From Balanoglossus misakiensis (taxonomy: Eukaryota; Animalia; Hemichordata): a stretch of DNA of 64,000 bases. The notes below the pieces were generated by a model that made no database searches, was not told where the DNA came from, and saw nothing but the letters and a program-made list of their open reading frames with translations. Below are positions 15,001 to 27,309 of this stretch, one piece after another (position 1 is the stretch's first letter; every line of letters begins with the position of its first letter). The position numbers and the translations under genes were made by a program. The stretch is from NCBI GenBank assembly GCA_040954595.2, contig CM082581.2, positions 1,046,699 through 1,110,698 on the forward strand, given 5' to 3'.

Positions 15001-18000
15001 AAAATTTGTCATTTTTTCATGATTTTCCCCCATGATTTTTTTCAAAAATCGACGAAATTTTGAGATTTTGCAAAGTCGAAAATTTGTCATTTTTTGATGA
15101 TTTTCACCCATGATTTTTTCAAAAATTGACGAAATGTTGAGATTTTGCAAAGTCGAAAATTTGTCATTTTTTGATAATTTTCACCCATGATTTTTTTCAA
15201 AAAAGGACGAAATTTTGAGATTTTGCAAAGAGGAAAATTTGTCATTTTTTCATGATTTTCCCCCATGATTTTTTTCAAAAATCGACGAAATTTTGAGATT
15301 TTGCAAAGTCGAAAATTTTGTCATTTTTTGATGATTTTTCAACCATGATTTTTTTTCAAAAATCGACGAAAATTTGAGATTTTGCAAAGATGAAAATTTG
15401 TCATTTTTGATGATTTTTACCCATAATTTTTTTTCAGAAATGGACGAAATTTTGAGATTTTGCAAAGACGAAAATTTGTCATTTTTTGATGATTTTCACC
15501 CGTTTTTTTTTCAAAATTTGTCATTTTTTGATGATTTTCACCCATGTTTTTTTTAAAAAAATCGACGAACCTTTGATTTGTTTCAAAATCGACGAAATTT
15601 TGTGATTTTACAAAGTCGAAAATTTTGTCATTTTTTGATGATTTTCAACCATGATTTTTTTTCAAAAATCGACGAAAATTTGAGATTTTGCAAAGACGAA
15701 AATTTGTCATTTTTGATGATTTTTACCCATGATTTTTTTTCAAAAATGGACGAAATTTTGAGATTTTGCAAAGACGAACATTTGTCATTTTTTGATGATT
15801 TTCACCCATGATTTTTTTTCACAAATCGACGAAATTTTGAGATTTTGCAAAGAGGAAAATTTGTCATTTTTTCATGATTTTCCCCCATGATTTTTTTAAA
15901 AAATCGACGAAATTTTGTGATTTTACAAAGTCGAAAATTTTGTCATTTTTTGATGATTTTCAACCATGATTTTTTTTCAAAAATCGACGAAAACTTGAGA
16001 TTTTGCAAAGACGAAAATTTGTCATTTTTGATGATTTTTACCCATGATTTTTTTTCAAAAATGGACGAAATTTTGAGATTTTGCAAAGACGAAAATTTGT
16101 CATTTTTTGATGATTTTCACCCATGATTTTTTTTCAAAAATCGACGAAATTTTGAGATTTTGCAAAGTCGTAAATGTGTCATTTTTTGATGATTTTCACC
16201 AGTTTTTTTTTTTCAAAATTTGTCATTTTTTCATGATTTTCCCCCGATTTTTTTCAAAAATCGACGAAAATTTGAGATTTTGCAAAGACGAAAATTTGTC
16301 ATTTTTGATCATTTTTACCCATGATTTTTTTTCAAAAATGGACGAAATTTTGAGATTTTGCAAAGACGAAAATTTGTCATTTTTTGATGATTTTCACCAA
16401 TGATTTTTTTTCAAAAAACGACGAAATTTTGAGATTTTGCAGAGGAAAATGTGTCATTTTTTGATGATTTTCACCCGTTTTTTTTTCAAAATTTGTAATT
16501 TTTTGATGATTTTCACCCATGTTTTTTTTTTAAAAATCGACGAACCTATGATTTTTTTCAAAATCGACGAAATTTTGTGATTTTACAAAGTCGAAAATTT
16601 TGTCATTTTTTGATGATTTTCAACCATGATTTTTTTTCAAAAATCGACGAAAATTTGAGATTTTGCAAAGACGAAAATTTGTCATTTTTGATGATTTTTA
16701 CCCATGATTTTTTTTCAAAAATGGACGAAATTTTGAGATTTTGCAAAGACGAAAATTTGTCATTTTTTGATGATTTTCACCATGATTTTTTTTCAAAAAT
16801 CGACGAAATTTTGAGATTTTGCAAAGTCGAAAATTTGTCATTTTTTGATGATTTTCACCCATGATTTTTTTTCAAAAATCGACGAAATTTTGAGATTTTG
16901 CAGAGAGGAAAATTTGTCATTTTTTCATGATTTTCCCCCATGATTTTTTTCAAAAATCGACGAAATTTTGAGATTTTGCAAAGTCGAAAATTTGTCATTT
17001 TTTGATGATTTTCACCCATGATTTTTTCAAAAATTGACGAAATGTTGAGATTTTGCAAAGTCGAAAATTTGTCATTTTTTGATAATTTTCACCCATGATT
17101 TTTTTCAAAAATGGACGAAATTTTGAGATTTTGCAAAGAGGAAAATTTGTCATTTTTTCATGATTTTCCCCCATGATTTTTTTCAAAAATCGACGAAATT
17201 TTGAGATTTTGCAAAGAGGAAAATTTGTCATTTTTTCATGATTTTCCCCCATGATTTTTTTAAAAAATCGACGAAATTTTGTGATTTTACGAAGTCGAAA
17301 ATTTTGTCATTTTTTGATGATTTTCAACCATGATTTTTTTTCAAAAATCGACGAAAACTTGAGATTTTGCAAAGACGAAAATTTGTCATTTTTGATGATT
17401 TTTACCCATGATTTTTTTTCAAAAATGGACGAAATTTTGAGATTTTGCAAAGACGAAAATTTGTCATTTTTTGATGATTTTCACCCATGATTTTTTTTCG
17501 AAAATCGACGAAATTTTGAGATTTTGCAAAGTCGTAAATGTGTCATTTTTTGATGATTTTCACCAGTTTTTTTTTTCAAAATTTGTCATTTTTTCATGAT
17601 TTTCCCCCATGATTTTTTTCAAAAATCGACGAAAATTTGAGATTTTGCAAAGACGAAAATTTGTCATTTTTGATGATTTTTACCCATGATTTTTTTTCAA
17701 AAATGGACGAAATTTTGAGATTTTGCAAAGACGAAAATTTGTCATTTTTTGATGATTTTCACCAATGATTTTTTTTCAAAAAACGACGAAATTTTGAGAT
17801 TTTGCAGAGGAAAATGTGTCATTTTTTGATGATTTTCACCCGTTTTTTTTTCAAAATTTGTAATTTTTTGATGATTTTCACCCATGTTTTTTTTTTAAAA
17901 ATCGACGAACCTATGATTTTTTTCAAAATCGACGAAATTTTGTGATTTTACAAAGTCGAAAATTTTGTCATTTTTTGATGATTTTCAACCATGATTTTTT

Positions 18001-21000
18001 TTCAAAAATCGACGAAAATTTGAGATTTTGCAAAGACGAAAATTTGTCATTTTTGATGATTTTTACCCATGATTTTTTTTCAAAAATGGACGAAATTTTG
18101 AGATTTTGCAAAGACGAAAATTTGTCATTTTTTGATGATTTTCACCATGATTTTTTTTCAAAAATCGACGAAATTTTGAGATTTTGCAAAGTCGAAAATT
18201 TGTCATTTTTTGATGATTTTCACCCATGATTTTTTTTCAAAAATCGACGAAATTTTGAGATTTTGCAGAGAGGAAAATTTGTCATTTTTTCATGATTTTC
18301 CCCCATGATTTTTTTCAAAAATCGACGAAATTTTGAGATTTTGCAAAGTCGAAAATTTGTCATTTTTTGATGATTTTCACCCATGATTTTTTCAAAAATT
18401 GACGAAATGTTGAGATTTTGCAAAGTCGAAAATTTGTCATTTTTTGATAATTTTCACCCATGATTTTTTTCAAAAATGGACGAAATTTTGAGATTTTGCA
18501 AAGAGGAAAATTTGTCATTTTTTCATGATTTTCCCCCATGATTTTTTTCAAAAATCGACGAAATTTTGAGATTTTGCAAAGTCGAAAATTTTGTCATTTT
18601 TTGATGATTTTTCAACCATGATTTTTTTTCAAAAATCGACGAAAATTTGAGATTTTGCAAAGATGAAAATTTGTCATTTTTGATGATTTTTACCCATAAT
18701 TTTTTTTCAGAAATGGACGAAATTTTGAGATTTTGCAAAGACGAAAATTTGTCATTTTTTGATGATTTTCACCCATGATTTTTTTTCAAAAATCGACGAA
18801 ATTTTGAGATTTTGCAAAGTCGAAAATGTGTCATTTTTTGATGATTTTCACCCCGTTTTTTTTTCAAAATTTGTCATTTTTTGATGATTTTTACCCATGA
18901 TTTTTTTTCAAAAATGGACGAAATTTTGAGATTTTGCAAAGTCGAAAATTTGTTATTTTTTGATGATTTTCACCCATGTCTTTTTTTAAAAATCGACGAA
19001 CTTTTGAGATTTTGCAAAGAGGAAAATTTGTCATTTTTTTCATGATTTTCCCCCATGATTTTTTTCAAAAATTGACGAAATTTTGAGATTTTGCAAAGTC
19101 GACGAAAATGTGTCATTTTTTGATGATTTTCACCCGTTTTTTTTCAAAAATCGACGAAATTTTGAGATTTTGCAAAATCGAAAATTTGTCATTTTTTGAT
19201 GATTTTCACCCATGATTTTTTTTTAAAAATCGACGAAATTTTGAGATTTTGCAAAGTCGTAAATGTGTCATTTTTTGATGATTTTCACCCGTTTTTTTTT
19301 CAAAAATCGACGAAATTTTGAGATTTTGCAAAGTCGTAAATGTGTCATTTTTTGATGATTTTCACCCGTTTTTTTTCAAAATTTGTCATTTTTTGATGAT
19401 TTTCACCCATGATTTTCTTCAAAAATCGACGAAATTTTGAGATTTTGCAAAGTCGAAAATTTGTCATTTTTTGATGATTTTCACCTATGATTTTTTTCAA
19501 AAATCAACAAAATTTTGAGATTTTGCAAAGTCGAAAATTTGTCATTTTTGATGATTTTTACCCATGATTTTTTTTCAAAAATGGACGAAATTTTGAGATT
19601 TTGCAAAGACGAAAATTTGTCATTTTTTGATGATTTTCACCCATGATTTTTTTTCAAAAATCGACGAAATTTTTAGATTTTGCAAAGTCGAACATTTGTC
19701 ATTTTTTGATGATTTTTACCCATGTTTTTATTTAAAAAAATCGACGAACCCATGATTTTTTTCAAAACCGACGAAATTTTGAGATTTTGCAAAGTCGAAA
19801 ATTTGTCATTTTTTGATGATTTTCACCCATGATTTTTTTCAAAAATCGACGAAATTTTGAGATTTTGCAGTCAAAAATTTGTCATTTTTTGATGATTTTC
19901 AGCCATATTATTTTTCAAAAACCGACGAAATTTTGAGATTTTGCAAAGACGAAAATTTGTCATTTTTTGATGATTTTCACCCATGATTTTTTCAAAAATT
20001 GACGAAATTTTGAGATTTTGCAAAGTCGAAAATTTGTCATTTTTTGATGATTTTCACCCATGATTTTTTCAAAAATTGACGAAATTTTGAGATTTTGCAG
20101 AGGAAAATTTGTCATTTTTTCATGATTTTCCCCCATGATTTTTTTCAAAAATCGACGAAATTTTGAGATTTTGCAAAGTCGACGAAAATGTGTCATTTTT
20201 TGATGATTTTCACCCGTTTTTTTTTCAAAATTTGTCATTTTTTGATGATTTTCACCCATGTTTTTTTTAAAAAAATCGACGAACCTATGATTTGTTTCAA
20301 AATCGACGAAATTTTGTGATTTTACAAAGTCGAAAATTTTGTCATTTTTTGATGATTTTCAACCATGATTTTTTTTCAAAAATCGACGAAAATTTGAGAT
20401 TTTGCAAAGACGAAAATTTGTCATTTTTGATGATTTTTACCCATGATTTTTTTTCAAAAATGGACGAAATTTTGAGATTTTGCAAAGACGAAAATTTGTC
20501 ATTTTTTGATGATTTTCACCCATGATTTTTTTTCAAAAATCGACGAAATTTTGAGATTTTGCAAAGAGGAAAATTTTTCATTTTTTCATGATTTTCCCCA
20601 ATGATTTTTATCAAAAATCGACGAAATTTTGTGATTTTACAAAGTCGAAAATTTTGTCATTTTTTGATGATTTTCAACCATGATTTTTTTTCAAAAATCG
20701 ACGAAAATTTGAGATTTTGCAAAGACGAAAATTTGTCATTTTTGATGATTTTTACCCATGATTTTTTTTCAAAAATGGACGAAATTTTGAGATTTTGCAA
20801 AGACGAAAATTTGTCATTTTTTGATGATTTTCACCCATGATTTTTTTTCAAAAATCGACGAAATTTTGAGATTTTGCAAAGTCGTAAATGTGTCATTTTT
20901 TGATGATTTTCACCAGTTTTTTTTTTTCAAAATTTGTCATTTTTTCATGATTTTCCCCCATGATTTTTTTCAAAAATCGACGAAAATTTGAGATTTTGCA

Positions 21001-22220
21001 AAGACGAAAATTTGTCATTTTTGATGATTTTTACCCATGATTTTTTTTCAAAAATGGACGAAATTTTGAGATTTTGCAAAGACGAAAATTTGTCATTTTT
21101 TGATGATTTTCACCCATGATTTTTTTTCAAAAAACAACGAAATTTTGAGATTTTGCAGAGGAAAATGTGTCATTTTTTGATGATTTTCACCCGTTTTTTT
21201 TTTCAAAATTTGTCATTTTTTGATGATTTTCACCCATGTTTTTTTTTTAAAAATCGACGAACCTATGATTTTTTTTCAAAATCGACGAAATTTTGTGATT
21301 TTACAAAGTCGAAAATTTTGTCATTTTTTGATGATTTTCAACCATGATTTTTTTTCAAAAATCGACGAAAATTTGAGATTTTGCAAAGACGAAAATTTGT
21401 CATTTTTGATGATTTTTACCCATGATTTTTTTTCAAAAATGGACGAAATTTTGAGATTTTGCAAAGACGAAAATTTGTCATTTTTTGATGATTTTCACCC
21501 ATGATTTTTTTTCAAAAATCGACGAAATTTTGAGATTTTGCAGAGAGGAAAATTTGTCATTTTTTCATGATTTTCCCCCATGATTTTTTTCAAAAATCGA
21601 CGAAATTTTGAGATTTTGCAAAGTCGAAAATTTGTCATTTTTTGATGATTTTCACCCATGATTTTTTCAAAAATTGACGAAATGTTGAGATTTTGCAAAG
21701 TCGAAAATTTGTCATTTTTTGATGATTTTCACCCATGATTTTTTTCAAAAATGGACGAAATTTTGAGATTTTGCAAAGTCGAAAATTTTGTCATTTTTTG
21801 ATGATTTTCAACCATGATTTTTTTTCAAAAATCGACGAAAAGTTGAGATTTTGCAAAGATGAAAATTTGTCATTTTTGATGATTTTTACCCATAATTTTT
21901 GTTCAGAAATGGACGAAATTTTGAGATTTTGCAAAGTCGAAAATGTGTCATTTTTTGATGATTTTCACCCATGATTTTTTTTCAAAAATCGACGAAATTT
22001 TGAGATTTTGCAAAGTCGAAAATGTGTCATTTTTTGATGATTTTCACCCGTTTTTTTTCAAAATTTGTCATTTTTGATGATTTTCACCCATGATTTTTTT
22101 CAAAAATCGACGAAATTTTGAGATTTTGCAAAGTCGAAAATTTCTCATTTTTTGATGCATTTTCACCCATGATTTTTTTTCAAAAATCGACGAAATTTTG
22201 AGATTTTGCAAAGTCGAAAA
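1..22220. repeat. 78-bp AT-rich satellite array (~280-300 monomers) with higher-order repeats; runs off the left edge
   Basis: Consensus CACCCATGATTTTTTTCAAAAATCGACGAAATTTTGAGATTTTGCAAAGTCGAAAATTTGTCATTTTTTGATGATTTT recurs (e.g. starts at 366 and 444). It matches the 26-aa period of the spurious ORFs. The array ends abruptly at ...AAGTCGAAAA (22220). Confidence 0.98.
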
Positions 22221-23744
22221 CAAGCATCGTCCGATTCGAATTCGACTCGTCATCGGTAGCTTTGTTTATTTCGCCCTTGGAGACCTCCCCTGGCCTCGTT
22301 AGGATGACTGTTACCAGGACTACCTTAAACCAATCTTTTCGAACCGGACGGTACACACGTCATGTCTTTGTTAATTGTCCAGGTACCAGAGTGTACGTGT
22401 GGGCTCCCTAAACCACTCATTGGCGGCCGGTCCCTGTCCGAATAAACACGTTTGACAGACAAAAAATGATGAACAAGTGGCTTATTTCAATACTTCGTTA
22501 ACTAGACGGCTGAACTCTGAATGTTGATTCAGCAAAAAAAATGTGTTTACGGCAAGGTTTCGATCAATACGACACATTTACCATTGAAAACGCCCAAAGT
22601 AAGTGGGGGCGTTTGACCATCGATCAAAACCACGCCCAGGTGCATGTGAACGGCCGAAGCAGTGTAACGTTTCACATTCCGTGCAACGTCCGACACTGTG
22701 TGAAAGCGGTTGCTGTCGGGTGGCTTGACCTAATTTTCGTACATTGATATGCATTTGACACCTCACTACCTGTTTTCTCAATATTGCTAAAACTTTGCGT
22801 TGAAATATCACTGAAATGTTGATGATCCACGCACAAGTCGTCTACCCCGGCATGAAAAGCGTCTTATACAAGAAAACTAATTGCACATGACCACCAAGGT
22901 CATACCGCAAGGTGTGTCTAAATGTCAAGGAAGGACACTTGGGTCAAGAACGACCATGACGGAGGAAAAACCGACAAGTCATTGTGTAACCTGTTTACTT
23001 GCCAATAGTCAAACGTCAAAATTTACTCTCAACTTGGTTGCAGATCGAGTCTCCCGAATTTCCAACTTTTATGATTGGGTAAATACCGATATGCGACTGG
23101 TATGCGACGCGTTGACGACGCGAAGATTTTGTTGAAATCAAATGGTTTGTCAAATGTCATCTCACACTGGAGATACCGTGGTCATCTGACATGAAAGGGT
23201 TCGATTGGGTCTGACCGCCGTCGTTCATCCATGCTTAGAAAGCGGCGATCATGGTACAAAGTAAAACCAAGGTCAAACCTTACTGAACACATGTATTGCA
23301 TGGAGAAACTTTTCTCCCTGTCTGTGTACTGAACACGTACCGTGATTGCCATAGTTACAAACGTTACCACGTGAGAGAGATTGCATTTTACATCTGTCTT
23401 TTCAATTTTGTTGCTTTCTTACTATTCGGAATGATGGAGTCGAAACGAAAACTTTTTGCTTCAGGTGGACCTAGGGGAAATACCTTATTTGTGACTTTTT
23501 TCATGACCCTAAAAAGACGTCGGAATTAATGTGGCTGAGGTCACTCAGGACGACGGAATGGTTGAGCGATTTTATTTTATGAGCTCCCACTAGTATTTGT
23601 TTTATTGTTTCGGCAGTGTGTCGCGTTATTCGAGCAATCTGCAGTCTGAAAACGAACGGTTTTCAAAGTTTATAACAGAAGAACAGGGGTTTAAGCATGA
23701 AAGGTCCTGTTGTCTCCCTCGCTGTGTTTGTGTCACTGTGTCTT

Positions 23745-23950
23745 TGACGTCTGACTGACTGATTAACTGGCTGACTGACTTACTGACTGTCTGTCAACGT
23801 CGGTCTGTCTGACTGTCTGCCCCCTCTCTCTGAGAGAGAGAGTGAGCGAGCGAGCGAGCGAGCGACCGGTGAGTGTCTCTACTGATGAATGTTGCTCTGT
23901 CTGTCTGCTTGTGTCTGTCTGCCACTCTGCCTGTTTCACTCTGTCTCTCC
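23745..23950. repeat. Compound microsatellite (CTGA/CTGT, GA, GAGC)
   Basis: Runs ctgactgact..., gagagagag, gagcgagcgagcgagcg and tgtctgtctg are visible directly. Confidence 0.85.
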
Positions 23951-24729
23951 TAATTTCTTTAAAATTAGGGATATGCTATTAATGCGATATGAAAGTCAGA
24001 CACGACGGAAACCTTTTATTCTCAAAACTGTCTGTTGTTTGCTGTTAAATATTGCAAAAGGTTAAGGGCCCTTTTCGCACGAGACACATGGCTTTGCAGC
24101 CGTAGCTCCCAATGTCATAACGATTACCCGAACTACCCTAATTTTAGCCCGCCGACCCAAAACAGTTTAGATCTTCGCAAACCGGAAGTAAAAATAACGA
24201 TGTCAAATATAAAACAATTCATGAAAATTGCGAGAATCACGCAAGAACTATGATGTCATTCTTCTACACTACGACGGCCAAAGATATAAAAAAATTGAAA
24301 AATAAAAAAATGTCCCTTTCTACCTACAATATTTTTGAAAACCATGTAATCGGAATAGCACATATTAGTTTTTTTGGCCAGAGACATATCCAATTTCCCA
24401 ACTGAACATGACACGTGATCAAGCATTTTCGACTTATCAGATGCAATCGCTGAACACCTCACACTGAGCGAGGTTTTGTCTGTCTTTATACGCGCCCTTT
24501 GTATTTGTGCGTGACATGTCCAAGCCTTGTTAGGAACTCCCGTAAAATTCTACTCAAATGATGTATACTTTCATACTTACGACTGACAGGTATTTTCAGC
24601 GTTGCCAGCTGATTGTTTGTCAGGTACCGCTTTATAACAAGACGCCCCTCTGAGTTGATAACCTGCAATGTAACATCATTCAATTGGTCTAGTCATGTTA
24701 GCATTAGTAAAATGCTTCAAAAGTGTTAA

Positions 24730-25020
24730 AGGGACATGATACAAGACACCGTTTATGTTAGTGAATGAACGTTCAACCACACACAACTTCCATCCGGCTT
24801 GTATGATACGAGAGTAAAAACACGCCCGAAATGAATAAATGGTAGAGACCGTTTATTCATTTTGGCTACTTTTTAAAACTCTCGTGTCTATACAAGCGGG
24901 GTGGAAGGTGTGTATGGTTGAACGTTGGTTCACTATATCCATATGTAGAATAATATAAACGCAGTCTTGTATCAAACATAATTAATGGAAAAAGGGCAGC
25001 GAGAGAGAGACTTTGTCCCT
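24730..25020. mobile_element. Palindromic TTAA-target MITE (Kolobok-like), family A copy 1
   Basis: TTAA|AGGGACA...TGTCCCT|TTAA. The two arms are inverted complements, and the copy is homologous to 25658-25977 and 40879-41225. Confidence 0.85.
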
Positions 25021-25309
25021 TTAATGAATACAGCCACAATGTTCTGTTTATATCTACTGACGGACCAGGCATGGATTGTCACGTATAATTCTTTGAAACG
25101 TTTGGTCCTCTGAAGAAATCTGAGCACTCATCTACTCAGTTTGCTTATTTTGTCTTCCTCCACCAGTCAGTGGTATCGTCCGATTTGATACTCCACTCTA
25201 AGCCTCTTTCTGAATGGCTCTTTAAGTTGTGATCTGTAAGTCTTAAACCTTTCATCATCCCCCCCCCCCCGTTTCCTCTTTAGAGGTCGTCAACTGGTAA
25301 ACTGTGCGC

Positions 25310-25653
25310 CTGTGTCTCTTCCCATAGGAGTACATGGAGAATAGTTAGAAAACTCACTTCTACTATTGTCATTTTCATGAAATTTTACACATAGCTCCGA
25401 CAAATCAAAATAAATTCATCACGCTCTATTTTGAGATAAACTTTGTTCAATATTGTATCCATAGACAAACCATTGGTAGAAAATGCTGACCGTTAGCAGT
25501 TTTCTTCAATTGTCGACTAAATTCACGGCCTTGTTTAAAGTCGAAAACAAGTGCAGTGACCCAAAATGGATTTTCATTATACATACAAATCAGAAACGAA
25601 AATTCACGATTAAAAGAAATGACAATGCTTTCAATTTTACTGATCGTACATCC
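25310..25653. mobile_element. Partial TTAA-terminated DNA-transposon remnant (family B)
   Basis: Homologous to 34436-34650 (cccatagg...ttctactattgt...ttttgagataaact). It ends GTACATCC|TTAA, as does the copy ending at 35334. Confidence 0.55.
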
Positions 25654-25657
25654 TTAA

Positions 25658-25977
25658 CTCGCTGCCCTTTTCCATGTTTGATACAAAACACCGTTTATAT
25701 TAATGTAAATGTGGATATATAGCGATGCAACGTTCAACCGCACACACCTTCTATCCCGCATGTAGACACGAGAGCGAAAACTCGCAAAACTGAAAAATCG
25801 GTCTCTACCATTAATTCATTTTGGGCGAGTTTTTACTCTCATATCATACAAGCAGGATGGAAGTTGTGTGTGGTTGAACGTTCATTCACTACATAAACAC
25901 ATGCCCATTAATATAAACGGTGTCTTGTATCAAACATAATTAATAGAAAAGGGCGACGAGAGAGAGAGTTTGTCCCT
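25658..25977. mobile_element. Palindromic TTAA-target MITE, family A copy 2 (left tip deleted)
   Basis: Ends TTTGTCCCT|TTAA and starts after TTAA at 25654-25657. Internal arms match the other family A copies. Confidence 0.8.
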
Positions 25978-27309
25978 TTAAGGCGACATGATGCATGAAG
26001 TGGCGAGAGATAAACGCGGCTGACCACCGCATTAAACACTGTCAAGCAAGGCACTTCAAATGCCAATTGTTTAAGTGTGTACTAAGTAATAGGTTCATGT
26101 ACCATGGGGGGGGGGGGGTCAAATCACAACAGTTGGACATGTACGAATATGAAGAGACGATATCAGTTTGTTCATGTCTTCCTTTAGTAAAAATCTTTTT
26201 TGAACTTTGTATAGAATTCATTGAACTTTACTTTAGCTTATGAACTCTCATTTGCACATCGTCATCTTGAAATTGTGTCGACTTTATCATAAGGTTTTTA
26301 TAACTCAACTAGGTCGCAAAACCTATTTAAGTTAGTGAGAATAGGACGTTAACCTTTTGGGTTGATGGCTACAGCCGTTAATCCTGACTCATACACATGT
26401 TGCAGCCAGTATACTCTGCAGACATTGGACACAATAGTTTTACGAACCATTAAATTTTATTGGACCATCAAGTTTATTGACCCATGACGTTCATATAGAT
26501 TTTATGACACGACTGACGCTATAATCGGTCCTTACCTTTGGCGAGCCAAGTGTTTTATAACATCATAAGATATTAATACCTATCACCCAGTCAAACGATT
26601 TCAAGTTATAAAATTTCCACGCCAATAGGACGCCTTTAGGTGGAAATGCAACCAGGTATCCTAAATAGGAAAATATTCCGGGTATCTGTCAAGTTTAGTC
26701 CCATATTTAGGGGACCAAGAGCCCTCAGGCGCTTGGTCCCCTTCTGTTATTGCTGGAGTTTGTCTTCTTTCTTCTTGAGTCGTTTTTTTGCGCCCGTTTT
26801 TCTCTGAAATTCCGGCAGGTGCGCCTCCAAATTTGGCACGGTGGTTGGGGCCCATGAGTACTGGTGCACCTGCCCTTTGAATTTGTAATTAGTCACGTGA
26901 CTTTGTGGCTATAATCGAGCGAAATTTTCAAATTGACCTAATTTGCACGTTAATGGGGGCATGTACATTCTTTTCGCGATTTTTGTAGACCATGTGGCCA
27001 AAATCCCCTGTGCCAAATTTCAAGGTCCTAGGCCACGTCGATTTTGAGAAGAAGATTTTTGTAATATTTTTTCGCATTTTTTGGTGGGCTGAGGACGGAC
27101 ACTGGGGCATCGGACTTTGACCGTCATTACGTAATGTTGTGGAGATCTCATTAGCAGGCTACTCACTTCTGGCGGGTTGCAGTAGTCCTTGGAAAATCGG
27201 CTGAAATACGTAAACAGACCAGTGATTATTTTCCACGGAATGAATTTTGGGACAACACATTATCGGAGTTCAGGCTGTGTTAGGGCGTTTTATTGAATTA
27301 CGCTGAGTT

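Noticed and set aside
178-22253. Dozens of 60-160 aa ORFs (MGENHQKMTNFRLCKISK..., MIFTHDFFSKIDEILRFCK...)
   Set aside because: They are translations of the 78-bp satellite. Frames are broken constantly by homopolymer length changes.
23165-23190. GGAGATACCGTGGTCA resembling U1 snRNA stem I
   Set aside because: There is no ATACTTACCTG 5' end and no downstream U1 stems or Sm site.
25537-25551. 15-mer AAAGTCGAAAACAAG identical to the satellite/unique junction at ~22210-22224
   Set aside because: Similarity does not extend on either side, and a post-hoc A-rich match is too weak to infer an origin.
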